Part shown: in pieces, positions 13,566 to 27,446 of the stretch
Numbering within the stretch: the first letter of the stretch is position 1
Layout: each line of letters begins with the position of its first letter
Assembly (NCBI RefSeq): GCF_006345805.1
Contig: NC_043005.1
Location: forward strand, 53,816,001 to 53,880,000
Length of the DNA stretch: 64,000 bases
Origin: Octopus sinensis
Lineage: Eukaryota
Direction: 5' to 3'
Made by a program: the position numbers and the translations under genes
The notes under the pieces: generated by a model
The model's input: the letters and a program-made list of their open reading frames with translations, nothing else
What the model was told of the DNA's origin: nothing
Database searches by the model: none

Positions 13566-13800
13566 AATGATGATCTTGACCATGATGATGATGATGATGA
13601 CAGCGATGATGATGGTGTTGTTGGTGGTGATGATGATTGTTATGACAATAATGCTGCTGCTGCTGCTTATGATGACAATGATGGTGATGATGATGATGAT
13701 GATGACGATGACAATGATGGTGATGATGATGATAATGATGATGATCATGATGATGGTGGTAAAGGTGGTGGTGATGATGATGATGATGATGAGGAGGAGG
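13566..13800. repeat. (ATG/GAT)n trinucleotide low-complexity tract
   Basis: Read directly; produces the poly-M, poly-H and poly-I ORFs. Confidence 0.95.
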
Positions 13801-14158
13801 ATAGTGTATCGAGTGCAAATCAAACTGATTGTATAGTTGCTCTCTGTCAAGATATAACCATAACAAGATTTGAATTCAGTTCTATAAACAAAAGAAAATT
13901 CCCATGAAATTTTCAAGGTTCTTTGCTGTTCATAGCTGTAAATAACACCACCTCATTACAACCCCCTTTTTACTAAAGTGGACTGGGCACACACTGTGCC
14001 ATTCTAGTGGTGTGATATTAGTACTAACCAATTGGCTCTTGGTCAAGTATGTTAAAAAGATGGCCAGGTATAACATTTTTTGAGAGTAGATACCCGTATT
14101 TATTACCTTATTTTTTGAGAGTAGATACCCGTATTTATTACCTATTTATTACCTTTTT

Positions 14159-14395
14159 AAGGCAGCAAGCTGGCAGAAACGTTAGCACGCCGGGCGAAAT
14201 GCTTAGCGGTATTTCGTCTGCATTACGTTGTGAGTTCAAATTCCGCCGAGGTCGACTTTGCCTTTCATCCTTTTGGGGTCGATAAATTAAGTACCAGTTA
14301 CGCACGGGGGTCGACGTAATCGACTTAATACCTTTGTCTGTCCTTGTTTGTCCCCTCTGTGTTTAGCCCCTTGTGGGTAATAAAGTAATACGTAT
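14159..14395 (+). mobile_element. SINE family A, well-preserved copy
   Basis: A-box/B-box-like head (agctggcagaa; gagttcaaattcc); flanked on both sides by 'cgtatttattacct' (candidate TSD). Confidence 0.92.
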
Positions 14396-14396
14396 T

Positions 14397-14762
14397 TATT
14401 ACCTTCACCTTAACAAAGGCGGACATATTGTTTTTAGTTGTGTTTATTAGTTTGTACGACCATGGACAAGATATCTCAAGAACTGCCAGATGGATTTGGA
14501 TAAAACTTTCAGGGATGTTTGGCCTCGTTATTAGCATGAACTGATTAGATTTTGGAATCGATCTGGTACCAGACAAGGATTCTAGATTATTTTTCCTGTT
14601 TTTTTACTTAATTTTTGAGAGCAGTCAGGTTTGTTTTTAGTATTCTTGTTTGTGAGAGTTTATTTCAGATATTCTCATTTTAAAAATCATCTCTGGTTAA
14701 TCGATGATGCGACATTTGGTGTTGGTTTGGCAGAGGTTTGCACTCTGTGAGTGCTCTTGTTT
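14397..14762 (+). mobile_element. Helentron-associated non-autonomous element (HINE/DINE-like)
   Basis: 5' 'ttattaccttcacc' and 3' 'ttggcagaggt' resemble subterminal IRs; 3' hairpin gcactc-tgt-gagtgc (14740-14754) followed by T residues. Confidence 0.5.
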
Positions 14763-15865
14763 AAATATTTCTCTTATAGCATTTCAGTCTTTCCAAAAGA
14801 TGATGTTTGCTTGGAAAAAATTTGTATAATTTTCTTCTCTTTAATACACAGTAATCAATGTGTGCATGTATGTATGTATGTATGTATGTAAGTATATCAT
14901 TATTCAGTTTATTTCAGGATTTCTTGCCAATTGAGAAAGAGTCAGTTTCTAACCTAGATCCAAGGCTTCTTCGTTGGAATTTCAACATCATCAACAGGGT
15001 ATTTTTGTATGTATTTTCATGCATATAGCTGTATGTCTAGACATGCTCATATATATTTATGTATGTATGTATGTAAGTATGTATGTATGTATGTAAGTAT
15101 GTAAGTATGTATGTACGTATGTATGTACACTTATGTGTATATGTATGTATATATGTATGTGTGTGTGTATGCATGCATATATGTATGTATGTATGTATGT
15201 TATTTAATTTTAATTCTAGATTTTTTGTCAGTGGAGAAAGCTACATCCCAGGATCCTTCATTAGAACTTTAAACATCAGCAGGGTATTCGTGCATGTTTG
15301 CATATATGTATGCAATATTTGAAGTCAGTGCATGCGCACATTTGTATGTCTTAAGTATTCTCATGTATATAGTTCCATGTCTAATATACTTTTAAATGTT
15401 AAACTTTTGGAATGTTTCGTATATTTTAACAGTTCCATTGATGATCTTTAATCTTCTAATTACCTTTCTCTTTTCTGGTTTGGAGAACCCTAATTTTTCA
15501 AGAATTGTCTCGAGGCAGAATGTTACCTGCCAAAGTGTGCCAATAATTCTGGGTATAGATCTAAACTTCTTAACCATGGATGAGATCTGTAAATTTATCA
15601 ATAGTTCAGCATTAGATTTTTTTCTCTTTTTTTTTTGCTGATCTTTAGCTTTATGTTGACATCTGCTGGGCAACTGATTTCTGCTACTGTACACAGTTTC
15701 TCTTTATGTGTACATGCATGTATGTAAGTGTATGCATTTGGGTGTGTATGTATGGGTGCATGCATTTATACATGCATGTTTGTATGTGTATAAATATATG
15801 TATCTAAGTATGCATATATGTCTGTATGTATGTGTATGTTGTACCTAGGAAGGGTTATTACAAAT

Positions 15866-15909
<44 letters not shown>

Positions 15910-16144
15910 ACACAGTGAGACATGATGAATATAAAAGAAAAGAGAAAAGAAAAGTAAGAATATATTATTTGCTTCATCTTTTCCTTTTCTGATATTTATT
16001 ACAAAATAATAGAATCTGTTGTCTTTCAAAGTGAAAGATTTATTTCTGACACATTTCTTCCATTTTTAATACAAATAGATACACAAACACACAACACACA
16101 CAGACACATGCACACAGATGCAACACACACACATACATGCATAT

Positions 16145-16165
16145 ACGTATATATATATATATTAT

Positions 16166-16213
<48 letters not shown>

Positions 16214-16362
16214 GTATATAAATAGACAAATTGATACATACATCATACATACATATATGATATATATATATACGCACACACATAAATACATACACATATA
16301 CATACATATATATCTGCACCTGTGTATGTATATGCGTATTCATATTCACATATGTGTGCCTT

Positions 16363-16398
<36 letters not shown>

Positions 16399-16400
16399 TA
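16145..16400. repeat. (TA)n/(CA)n compound microsatellite
   Basis: Read directly. Confidence 0.9.
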
Positions 16401-16838
16401 CATACAAATATAAACCAGCAAAGACAGAAACGATTTGACTTAGTCAGTAAAATGTGGGAAATATCAACAAACTTAAAAGTGGCAAATGGACTGAATACTT
16501 GAAAAACAACTTTAAAGGTATTAGTTCTCACTTCAATTGTCTATAAGTATATGAAAACAATACGACGATGTAAGCCAGAATTGATCCTATGATCAGATTG
16601 TTATCTAATCAGTGAAGCTTTATGAAAATGTAAAATATCCGAAAGAAGTGTTTTTTAATGTACCAAGAGAATAAATAAATTGTAAACTTAAACATGATCA
16701 CTGTGACCGTATCAACAAACACCAGCTTTATTTTGGGATATATGTCTTCAAGGCAAGCAATAGAGAATAGCAGTGAAACATGAATAATAAATAATTACTA
16801 AAGCATAATTATTATTATCATTATTATTGTGATTGGTT

Positions 16839-16950
16839 AAGGCAGCAAGCTGGCAAATTTGTTAGCATGCCGGGTAAAATGCTTAGCAGCATTTCACATT
16901 CTGCTGACGTTAACTTTGCCTTTCATCCTTCCAGGCTTGATAAAATATGT
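16839..16950 (+). mobile_element. SINE family A, truncated
   Basis: 'aaggcagcaagctggc...taactttgcctttcatcctt'. Confidence 0.75.
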
Positions 16951-17015
16951 ACCATCCCATCCCACACCCGCCCGACTCCAACTCACACCCACTTTACCCC
17001 AATCACCCCTTACAG

Positions 17016-17321
17016 ACACCAGCCCTCTCCATGCCCAACCTGACATGAAGACAAACACAAGCACACAGGAGCCCCAAATTTCCCCACCTTCACCCTTGGA
17101 AAAGCATATATTATACAATGGAGAAAACGAAGAACTGTATGATAAAATAGACTTGTGGGACAATGCTATAAAAGTGGATGTATGAGGAGTGAAGCGGTTG
17201 CCTGAGTACATTTGTTGGGTATTGGCAGACCCAGAATATAGGTCGGAATTGAAGAACTATGAGGAAAATCGCGACCAAGTAGTGGGTCAAGAAATTGAAC
17301 ACCAGTTCAATGCTGAAACAA
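17016..17321 (+). pseudogene. Exon-like segment C, 306 nt, phase 1-1, one in-frame TGA
   Basis: Acceptor ccttacag|, strong donor aa|gtaagt; ...ELYDKIDLWDNAIKVDV*GVKRLPEYICWVLADPEYRSELKNYEENRDQVVGQEIEHQFNAET. Protein-like composition, family not recognised. Confidence 0.4.
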
Positions 17322-17587
17322 GTAAGTTTTCGGGATATTTAAAAAAAGTATAATGTAAGCATTCTCTGGAAGGATAGTAATTAGCGGTCACTAGAAAAAA
17401 AAAAGAAAAGCTTTATAAACTATTTTTAAAAAGAGTTTTGTTAACAGGTTCAATGAAGTCGCTCAGAAGTGGGGCCAAATGGCTTCATTTCATCTTTTAT
17501 TATATTAATTGATTCTTTCCATTCGTTTTTTTGCTTTTTTTTTGTCCCCACCTTGTGTTGTCCCCTCCGTGTAAGGCCTCCACAGCC

Positions 17588-17740
17588 AATTCCATAAAAT
17601 GAAGAAGCTTGCTTCCCAATCACATGGTTCCAGTGTCTTCTGCTATAGCCTTGGGCTGACCAAATCTTGTGAGTGGACTTGATAGACAAAAACTGAAAGT
17701 AGCCCATCATATATATATATATATATTATATGTATGTATA

Positions 17741-17773
<33 letters not shown>

Positions 17774-17787
17774 TATATGTATGTATA

Positions 17788-17842
<55 letters not shown>

Positions 17843-18038
17843 TTGTGTGTTTGTACCCCCCCCATCACCATCGTTTGACAGCTGATGTTGGCTTATTTAC
17901 ATCCCCGTAAATTAGCAGTTCAGCAAAAGAGACTGATAGAATAAGTACTAGGTTTACAAAGAATAAGTCCTGGGGTCGATTTGTTCAACTAAAGATGGTG
18001 TTCCACAGTAAAATGATTGTAACAAGTAAAAGAAATAA

Positions 18039-18040
<2 letters not shown>
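17588..18040 (+). mobile_element. SINE family C copy with internal (TA)n/(TG)n
   Basis: 'cttcccaatcacatggttcc...ccttgggctgaccaaatcttgtgagtgga...gagactgatagaataagtact...gtaaaagaaataaaa'; related copies at 25853 and 34478. Confidence 0.85.
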
Positions 18041-18075
<35 letters not shown>

Positions 18076-18431
18076 CATATATATATTTAAGGAGATTTAA
18101 GTGCATGACAAGTGTTTTGATCTGAGATCATGTGTTGACTCTGAAATGATTGCAGTACAGAAGGCACAAGTTAGCCATTCAGAAAAACACAAGGACCATT
18201 ACCTTCACTTAAACATTTATTGTTTGTAATATTGTATCAAGTTAAGTTCTTCGAATGTTCTGTAAATCCTCTTTTGGTAAATTCTCAGTCCAATGCATTG
18301 CTTAATGATGTGAAGCTGACACCATATCACAAACAATGTTTTAGTAAAAGTTCACAGCCTTTGTGCGTTCCTGAATGGCTAATAACTTGTAGCTTCCAAG
18401 CTGCAATCGCTTTACACACACACACACACAA

Positions 18432-18493
<62 letters not shown>

Positions 18494-18944
18494 ACACACA
18501 CACATATATATAAATATATTTACACACAGACACGCTCACACACACATACACACACATATATATATATGCATACCCCCCCCACACACACACATATATATAT
18601 ATATACTAGCTTAAAAGCTACACTCTGTGCAGACTTCTAAGCTAGCTCCTGTGGAGGCTAATTGGGCCTTTGGTCCAAAACTAAATGAGCTAAATAGCAT
18701 GACTATGATATGTCTGTAATGACTATATGCCCCGGTGGTGTTTGATCAGAAGTTAAGGTCAGATGTGAATTTATTCTGTAATGCAATCATTCAACTGTTC
18801 CAGTTCCAAGCGGAATTCCAACTGTTGGCCAATTTGTCCTGAAGTTCTTACCTCGATGTAAAATTAACAAAGCAAATGTCATTTATCTCCCCCTTGATCA
18901 CTGACATCATCTGACAAATGCCAACCAAGATGGTCTGAATCAGC

Positions 18945-19215
18945 TTTACCTGCTAGATATAGAAACCCAAATGCTTTTAAATCAAATCCGAAAGCTTGAT
19001 GTTTAAACCGGCCATATCAGGCCCAGATGTTCCACATGTTTTATATTCAAACTGGCAATATCTAGCCTCTTACACCTACCCTACATTGTCATTCTAAAAC
19101 TAAACAATCACATCATTGAAACCTCAATGTTATAAGATAATGCATGATTAATTCAAAACAATTTGAGTGAAAAAGTATTACATTTAACAGAGTAATCTGA
19201 ACACTAAAGGGTTAA
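18945..19215. mobile_element. piggyBac-like MITE fragment
   Basis: Ends 'aacactaaagggttaa', the same terminus class as 3130-3339. Confidence 0.4.
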
Positions 19216-19247
19216 GAACCAAATAAAGGGCATATATGAAATCCCAG

Positions 19248-19383
19248 ATCATCACAAGACCTTACCTTGGGGCTAACATGTATCCTGACCAGTAAGAGAA
19301 ATGTGTCAACCTCTATCTACACATTCAAATTTCTCTTGCTGCCTGGGATGTGTGTTAGCCCGAAGGTAAGGTCTTGTGTTGAT
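19248..19383 (+). other. Imperfect hairpin, 50-bp core stem, 26-nt loop
   Basis: Arms 19253-19302 and 19329-19378 are reverse complements with 9 differences. Confidence 0.9.
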
Positions 19384-19689
19384 ATTCCTCTGACGAGATG
19401 AATGGATCCCTTAATAGGTCCCTAATGACAAAATTGCAATAGGGAATTAATCAGTTATTTCTAAGTTGTGGATTTTATTTGTCATGTTGCCTGCAACAGC
19501 TTTTATCGTAAAGAGAAATAATATGAGAGTTAAAAATGGCTTTATAGCGGTTTTGGTTGCTATTTCTAAACACGTAAGGGTTTTGAAACCCTATTAGTTA
19601 TAATTGTGACTTGTTCATAATTATAAACATTCTTCTTATATATACACTTATACATATATCTACACTGACATGCATACACACACACACAC

Positions 19690-19850
19690 ATGCAGAGTGA
19701 TTGGTGTTAGGAAAGGCATCCAGTCATAAAACCCTGCGAAAACAGACACCATAGCCTAGGATAGTTTTCAACCTGGCCAGCTCTTGTCAGCCATCGTACC
19801 CATGCCTGCACAGAAGATGGACGTTAAATGATAATGATAATGATGATGAT
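19690..19850 (+). mobile_element. RTE-tail repeat (family B)
   Basis: 'ggtgttaggaaaggcatccag...acccatgcctgcacagaagatggacgttaaatgataatg'. Confidence 0.75.
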
Positions 19851-20220
19851 ATACACTCAAACACACACATCTGTGGTGCTACGTATATATGACACTATTT
19901 TAAAAGTACGATCAAGATACACTCAAAACTTTGCATGCTTTCTGCTCCTAAAGATTATTTTCCCTCACCTAAAGCTCTGAGAATAAAATAAACAGGTGAA
20001 TGAATCATTCAACATGTCACACTCATTCTAGCTTTTCTTATTAAAATGTCGAGAAGCCTATTGAGTTGGTAATAAGAAATAAAAACTTTAATGGACATAT
20101 GATTGAAAAAGAAATTAAAATGCTACAAATTTTAATATATTGTGAAGTGTCTTCAAAAATTTGAAACTTTGCCTAGATAAATAAATAAATATCTAAATAT
20201 AACTAAATAAGTAAATAGGT

Positions 20221-20650
<430 letters not shown>

Positions 20651-21012
20651 TAAAGAGAAGTAAGCTCTGAGGTGTAAAAAATATAAAATTGAAGCTATCC
20701 ACTAAATATGTTTCAGGTTGTGTAAATGAGACAAATACATTTTGAAAGGAAAATGTGTGAAAATAAAGAAATTAACACTGTAAAAGCTGGTTAAAGGTGC
20801 ATGGAATTTATTTTCAATTATCCAGAAATAAATTATACTGATATCTTATGTACTTGTGAAATAGATGTATTTTATTGCTAATGGTTGCACCAAGAAATGA
20901 CAATTTTCTTTCCAGGAATTTTAATGAAACACCAAAGCTTATTGAAGCTGGCAAACATCTCATAAATTTGTATTCTTGTATTTAGTAGTGAAAATTTTTA
21001 TTTTACATGTAT

Positions 21013-21054
<42 letters not shown>

Positions 21055-21103
21055 ATTTCTCTATGCCTATTTATCTATCTGCATATATGTATGTAGATAT
21101 GAA

Positions 21104-21132
<29 letters not shown>

Positions 21133-21140
<8 letters not shown>

Positions 21141-21434
21141 ACATGACCGACCAGACCATCAGATGTTGTTACACATCGTTGGTCACAATGCTTTCGCATT
21201 GTTTTTAGCCTTCAAATGACGCCACCCCGCTGGCTAAGCAAGCAGGCCAACAGAAGAAAGAGTGGGAGAAAGTTGTGGTGAAAGAGTACAGCAGGGATCA
21301 CCACCCCCTGCCGGAGCCTCGTGGAGCTTTTAGGTGTTTTTGCTCAATAAACACTCACAACGCCCGGTCTGGGAATCGAAACCGCGATCCTACGACCGCG
21401 AGTCCGCTGCCCTAACCACTAGGCCATTGCACCT

Positions 21435-21438
<4 letters not shown>
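21133..21438 (-). mobile_element. tRNA-derived SINE (family D)
   Basis: Minus strand has a clear Pol III A-box TGGCCTAGTGG and B-box GGTTTCGATTCCC, followed by a non-tRNA body. Confidence 0.9.
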
Positions 21439-21513
<75 letters not shown>

Positions 21514-21754
21514 TATATGGATAGATAGATAGATAGAACCTTTACTGGAATGAATCTTCTCCTCATTGTAGCTTTTTGAATTTGTATCTATGTCTTCAAA
21601 CTTCAAGGTTCCTTCAAAACTATCATTGAGGTCTTTACATTATTTTACATTCGACGGATATTTGTCCTCATCTTGTTTGTGTCATTGAAGTAGTCATGCA
21701 TGTAAGTGTTCTCTTTGATCTTTAATTACTTGAAGTTTTCTTGAAAGGAAAGAG

Positions 21755-22630
21755 CTAGTTACTAACAATGATACAAAGAAAGCTTCAGTGTTGAAAAGTA
21801 AATAAGAAAAACGATGTAACACTTTGAACTTGAGAAGAAGTACTGCATATTTTTACTATTCCGCTTACTGGTTCTATTTGTAATGCACATGTTAATTGGT
21901 TGATTTCTTTATCTGATAACCGCAGTCTATCCCTTTGTATTATACCTTTGGCATTTACTCTCAAAACCAAGTGCACTAATTATTATTAGTATAAACAAGC
22001 AAAATGGACGGTGCTGAGTTGTCAAACATTTAAACCAAATTTTCTCAAAACAACTTGTCCTACCATCCCATAAGCCTCCCCTGATTTAATCTAAATTTGA
22101 GACACCAGCAAAAGAAGAAATAAAGATACACTTTTTTCTATTCCAAAGAAAAACGATTTTATTCACACAATTAAGCAGGCCTTTATTTCCATAAAATTTT
22201 TGATTTTGTTATACGGAGTTAAGGCAAAAAAAAAACTTCTTGAGAAACCAAATAGTCTTTCCTTCCTTCATGCCAAATTTTAAGAAAATATCTCTTTTGC
22301 ATCTTACTTTTTTGGTCTCTTAAATATACTGCATTTTGTGGCATTATTTCAAGCCAGCCCGCTTTTTTTGCACAAACAGCCCGTGCATTTTTCTCGTGTA
22401 TGTGTAGTATCGATCGCAACAGCTGATGTACTTGCACATACAAACGCACGTTCCCACGGCTTTACCGATCGCATTCTCACCTGGAATCGATTTTTGTAAT
22501 TTTTCAAGACTTATACACGCCCTGATACCGTCGGTATCTACATATCAAATTTGACCGCAATCAGATGAAAGATGCCCGAGATCCTAGAAGTCACACACAC
22601 AGACAGACAGAACGGATTTTATATAATAGA
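21755..22630 (-). mobile_element. Putative non-autonomous Helitron-like element
   Basis: Minus strand starts A|TCttattatatataaaatccgttctgtctgtctg (TC start followed by a (TCTG)n tract); candidate CTAG end at 21755-21758; 3' boundary uncertain. Confidence 0.4.
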
Positions 22631-22847
22631 TGATCCAACTCTTTAAATTCCGAGGACAAATTCCATTGAGGTCAACTTCATATTTTATCCTTACTATGTT
22701 GATAAAAATAAGAACTAGTTCAACACTAGGGATGATGTAATTGTCAAGCACCCTCCCAAAAAGTTCAGGCTTTGTGCCCATAGTAAAAAAAAAGTATTGC
22801 TTTAAATGTGAATCTATAATCTAGGTATAGAAGCTGAAGGCTTAGAA

Positions 22848-23032
22848 CAGTGCTTCGCAACTGGTATGCCATGGCACACTGGTGTGCCACAAGATGATGC
22901 TAGGCATGCCGCAGTGTAACCTGAATATGATTATTTTTCCCTATACTTTTAGTTATATTTTTAATTCAGGTGTACCACCGAATTCTGGAAAGAATATAAG
23001 GGTACCACAAGTGAAAAGGTTGCAGAGCACTG
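22848..23032. mobile_element. hAT-type MITE
   Basis: TIRs cagtgcttcgcaac / gttgcagagcactg; degenerate 8-bp TSD gcttagaa / gttcagaa. Confidence 0.7.
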
Positions 23033-23127
23033 GTTCAGAAGCAATTGTCCATATTTATCTTTTGTCTCTTAAATTTTCAAAGACATATTCACATCAGTAA
23101 GGTAGCTGACTTCTCTGATAGTTGCTG

Positions 23128-23464
23128 CTGAAACCCCCTTCGGTCATAACTGACCGTGGGATTGCACCTAGAAAGTTACCCTCCCAGGTACAAGTCCGGG
23201 CAAGGTTGTTTATGGAAGACCAGCAGTTGCCTATGCATACCAGCCTCCCCTCTGCACGCCACTGGTGTTATCCAAGGGAAAAGCAAAGGCCAATACAGCT
23301 TGGCACCTGTAACATCGCAACTCATTTCTACAGCTGAGTGAACTAGAGCAACGTGAAATAAAGTGTCTTACTCAAGAACGCAACATGCAGCCTGGTCCAG
23401 GATTCGAACTCACAACCTCATGATCGTAAGCTCGATATTCTAACCACTTAGCCATGTGCCTTCA
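23128..23464 (-). mobile_element. tRNA-derived SINE (family E)
   Basis: Minus strand A-box TGGCTAAGTGG and B-box GAGTTCGAATCC, then 'ttcttgagtaagacactttatttcac...cactcagctgtagaaatgag'. Confidence 0.88.
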
Positions 23465-23586
23465 CTTATAGTATATACGCTTTTTTTTATCTATCCTAAA
23501 CAACAATATCCATCCTGTTATGTTTGTACTTGGTAGAAGTTTTGATAGGAATATTCCATCAATATTTCTAATATTGATACAGGGAG

Positions 23587-23947
23587 AATCTCTATATTTA
23601 TCCCTGGAATTTCTTCTTTTTTCTTTTTCGATATTATTGTATATTTTACCAATAAAGCAAAGACTGGTTCCAAACAAAAAGAAAGCACATAACTGGTACT
23701 TACTTTATCAACCCAGGAAGAATGAAAAAAAAAAAAAGTTGACCTCAGCAGGATTTGAATTCTGAACATAAATTCTATATCCCTGGAATTTCTTCTTTTT
23801 TGATAGTATTGTATATTTTACCAATAAAGCAAAGACTGGTTCCAAACAAAAAGAAAGCACATAACTGGTACTTACTTTATCAACCCAGGAAGAATGAAAA
23901 AAAAAAAAGTTGACCTCAGCAGGATTTGAATTCTGAACATAAATTCT
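23587..23947. repeat. Recent tandem duplication, ~175-185 bp x2
   Basis: 'atccctggaatttcttc...gttgacctcagcaggatttgaattctgaacataaattcta' occurs twice, nearly identical. Confidence 0.92.
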
Positions 23948-24655
23948 AGAAGTTGATCAGGTGAACTCCCCACTTTACCACTTCTGTTCATCGAGCATCG
24001 CTCTCTATACCGCATAAAATTTAAGTGACACAATAGGTTATAGGGTTCAATACAGCATTTAAATACTTTCTTTGAAATTAACATTATTGTATACTTATTT
24101 TTTCTTTTCTTATTTATTTTCATTTCTTTCCTTTTTTTTTTTCTACTTTTCTCTCTATGACTCATTAGAATTTTAAGTGATAGGTATCAGGGTATTAAAC
24201 GAACATTATCTAGGATCACACTAGGACTGCACTGATCAAAAGTTCGAAATTATATTAGTAGTACAATTAAGTCAGTAATTGAAGGTTTTTATAGCACTTT
24301 ATTTCTAATTCAGGAATTAGTAGCTGATAAGTTTATAACCAAATATGATTTTTATATTGCTTAGAGGCAAAAGCAGTTAAATTTTGTAGTTGAGGTGTGG
24401 TAGGTTTACATCTATTTTTCTGCATACACAAACACAACTACACATACGTATATGTACACACACACACACATATATCAACATCATTATCATTTACCATCCA
24501 ATTTCCATGATGTGTGTGTATGTGTGTGTGTGTGTGCGTGTGTTTGTGTGTGTGTGTGTGTGTGCATGTATGTGTGTGTATATATATATATATATATCGA
24601 AAGAAAGAGAGAATGAATGAGAGGAAAAAAGAGAGATAGACAGACAGACAGACAC

Positions 24656-24690
<35 letters not shown>

Positions 24691-24707
24691 CACACATACA
24701 CACACAT

Positions 24708-24900
24708 ATGAAGGCACTTGCCCTAGTTGTTAAGGTGTTGCACACACAATTGCAAGTTCATGGTTTCAGCTCCCAGGTAAGTGGTGTATTGTACTTCTTG
24801 AGAAAAACACTTCATTTCACTTAACTCCAGTCCATTCAGCTGTAAATTGTACAACCCTGCAATGGACTGCCATTTTGTTTGGAGGTGGGGTGCAGAATAT
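24708..24900 (+). mobile_element. Degenerate SINE family E copy
   Basis: 'atgaaggcacttgccctagttgttaagg...ttcttgagaaaaacacttcatttcac...cattcagctgtaaa'. Confidence 0.65.
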
Positions 24901-25534
24901 TGGCCAGCAGCATGGCATTATTCAAAAACCACAACAATGCAAAGTTGCACATTGTGGCCAACGATGGTAAGAACATCCAACAGTCAGATCAATACAGTGA
25001 TATGTGTGTGTACATGAAGTTAAATATGTGTCTGGTCACCAGGTGACCAATGGTTTCTCATTCATAAAGCATTTAGCCTTATAGATGACTCGTCAGGCTG
25101 GAATGGCCAAAGGCCTATAAACTCTCTTCAAACTGGAGGTAGAAAACTGTTATGGCCATTAGAGTCCGACAATTTATTTATAAAGCTAACCATTTTATAA
25201 TGCAAAACCATTGGTCACTCTATGACTGGACATATACTTAACTTCATGTAAATACATTACTGCTCTAGAGTGTTTTCTTTTTTGGTTATATGAGCAACTG
25301 ACAATGAGTGTATGTGTGTGTGTGTGTGTGTATATTATGTATGTATGCATGTATAAGAGTAGTATAGTTTCCATGAAGTATTGTCTCTTTTATATAACTA
25401 TTTATAATTATATCTTTTAAAAGCCAAATCAAATCAATTTATGAGAATATAACAGGCTGATAGTTTTACTTGGGATTTTTATAAATTATAAACATTTATA
25501 AATGTGTGTATGTATGTGTGTGTGTGTGTGTGTG

Positions 25535-25581
<47 letters not shown>

Positions 25582-25852
25582 GTCATGTATTTGTTTTGCA
25601 AGATTCTTGATGTGACATCATGTGTTGAAACAAATATCGATATATCTGTGGATGGTAATTAAACACATGCACTATTTATCTGATCTTAATTTTAGCCTTA
25701 TCCTTATTATCAGTTTATTTGTTAAAGTTTCTTTGACACACATACACATAATAATGATAATAATAAGCTGAAGTGAAGATGAAATAAATAGTGATGTGTA
25801 TTTATTAGCAATATGACCATCCCCGAATATAGCAATATATATGTATATATTA

Positions 25853-26250
25853 AAGGCGCAGTTGTGGCTGTGTGGTAAGAAACTTGTTTCCCAGCCACAA
25901 AGTTCCAGGTTCAGTCCCACTTAATAACACCCTGGACAATTGTCTTCTCCTATAGCCCCGGGCCAACCAAAGCTTTGTGAGTGGATTTGTTTGATGGATA
26001 CCAAAAGTAACCTGTCATGTATGTGTGTGTGTGTCTTTGCATCTGTGTTTCCGTGTTTGTCTCCCACTACTGCTTGACAAGCGGTGTTGGTGTGTTTACA
26101 TCCCTGTAACTTAGCAGTTCAGCAAAAGACACCAATAGAATAAGTGTTAGGATTTAAAAATGTAAGTCTAGGAATTGATATGTTCGACTAAAACCCCTCA
26201 AGGTGGTGCCACAACAAGGCTACAGTCAAATGACTGAAACAAGTAAACAA
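25853..26250 (+). mobile_element. SINE family C, near full length
   Basis: tRNA-like head 'aggcgcagttgtggctgtgtggtaagaaacttg...ggttcagtcccac'; tail 'aaatgactgaaacaagtaaa'. Confidence 0.88.
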
Positions 26251-27136
26251 TAGATAGATAGATAGACAGACAGACATGCAGACAGACAAACATGCAGATA
26301 TATAAACTGGTCACATACTATTGTCAAAATTTGGTAAGTATCTCTGTTTATTTACATAGTAGAAAGTGCTAGAGAAGCAATGTAATTTGTAGGTATATTA
26401 AATTATTGTTTTAAACCTTGAAAGTCATTGTTCATGGTTTTGGGTAAATGTAAAGGAACACCAAACATACAATTTAGCTACAAAGCAACGTTCCCCTTTT
26501 AAATTAAATTAAGGTGGATATGAAAATAAGCAGTAGGATTTGAAACAGAAATCTTGCTGTTGGAACATCAAACATTATAAAAGAAAACATGAATTGTTCA
26601 TGATAAAAATGAAATGATAAAATAAATAAAAGTATTTTGCTATATAGAACAAAAATATAAATAATAAATAATGCAAGCCTTTCATAAAGTAAATTATTTA
26701 TTCCGTAAAGATATTTAAAAAATTTTGGTTTATCTTTTTTTAAAAAGAAGAAATCAGTGAACATAACATTGTGATTTTTTTAAATATTTTTTTCTTTTTT
26801 ACAATCAGAAAAATGTTCATATTTTATCAGATATATTTAATTAACTCAAACTATTTTCAAGTTTACAAATTTTGCTAATAAAGTCTTATGAGTTCATTGT
26901 TGCACATAATAAAAAAAAGAACATTGGCTTTACTGGGTTGTGACTTGGAAAAATATATGAAAATTTTTAACTGAATTCTCCACTTGGGATATTGTGAACA
27001 AAAGTAAAGGGTCAAAAGAATATTATTGTTATAGTAGCTACAATAATGTTAATTCAATACACGCACACACACACAAACATATATAAATATGTATATATGC
27101 ATGTGTATATATATATATATATACACATACATATGC

Positions 27137-27172
<36 letters not shown>

Positions 27173-27413
27173 TATATATATATATGTATACATACATATG
27201 CATATATATATATATTTATATACTTACATATGTTTGTATATTTATATATTTATATACACACACACAATACATACATATATATAGGTATATATATATATGT
27301 ATATATATTATATATGTGGTGTGTGTTTGTGTGTACACATGTATATAAGTATACATAAGTATTTATGTATATATATATATGTGTGTATATACACACACAC
27401 ACACATATATATA

Positions 27414-27446
<33 letters not shown>

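Noticed and set aside
13507-13916. Poly-His, poly-Met and poly-Ile ORFs
   Set aside because: Translations of an (ATG)n tract, open in multiple frames on both strands.
18830-18935. Minus-strand exon candidate (VKLIQTILVGICQMM...)
   Set aside because: Its acceptor lies at or inside the piggyBac-like repeat boundary, and there is no other support.
21360-21432. Possible tRNA gene (minus strand; similar head at 23385-23460)
   Set aside because: A and B boxes are present, but I could not close an acceptor stem and the sequence continues into a SINE body.
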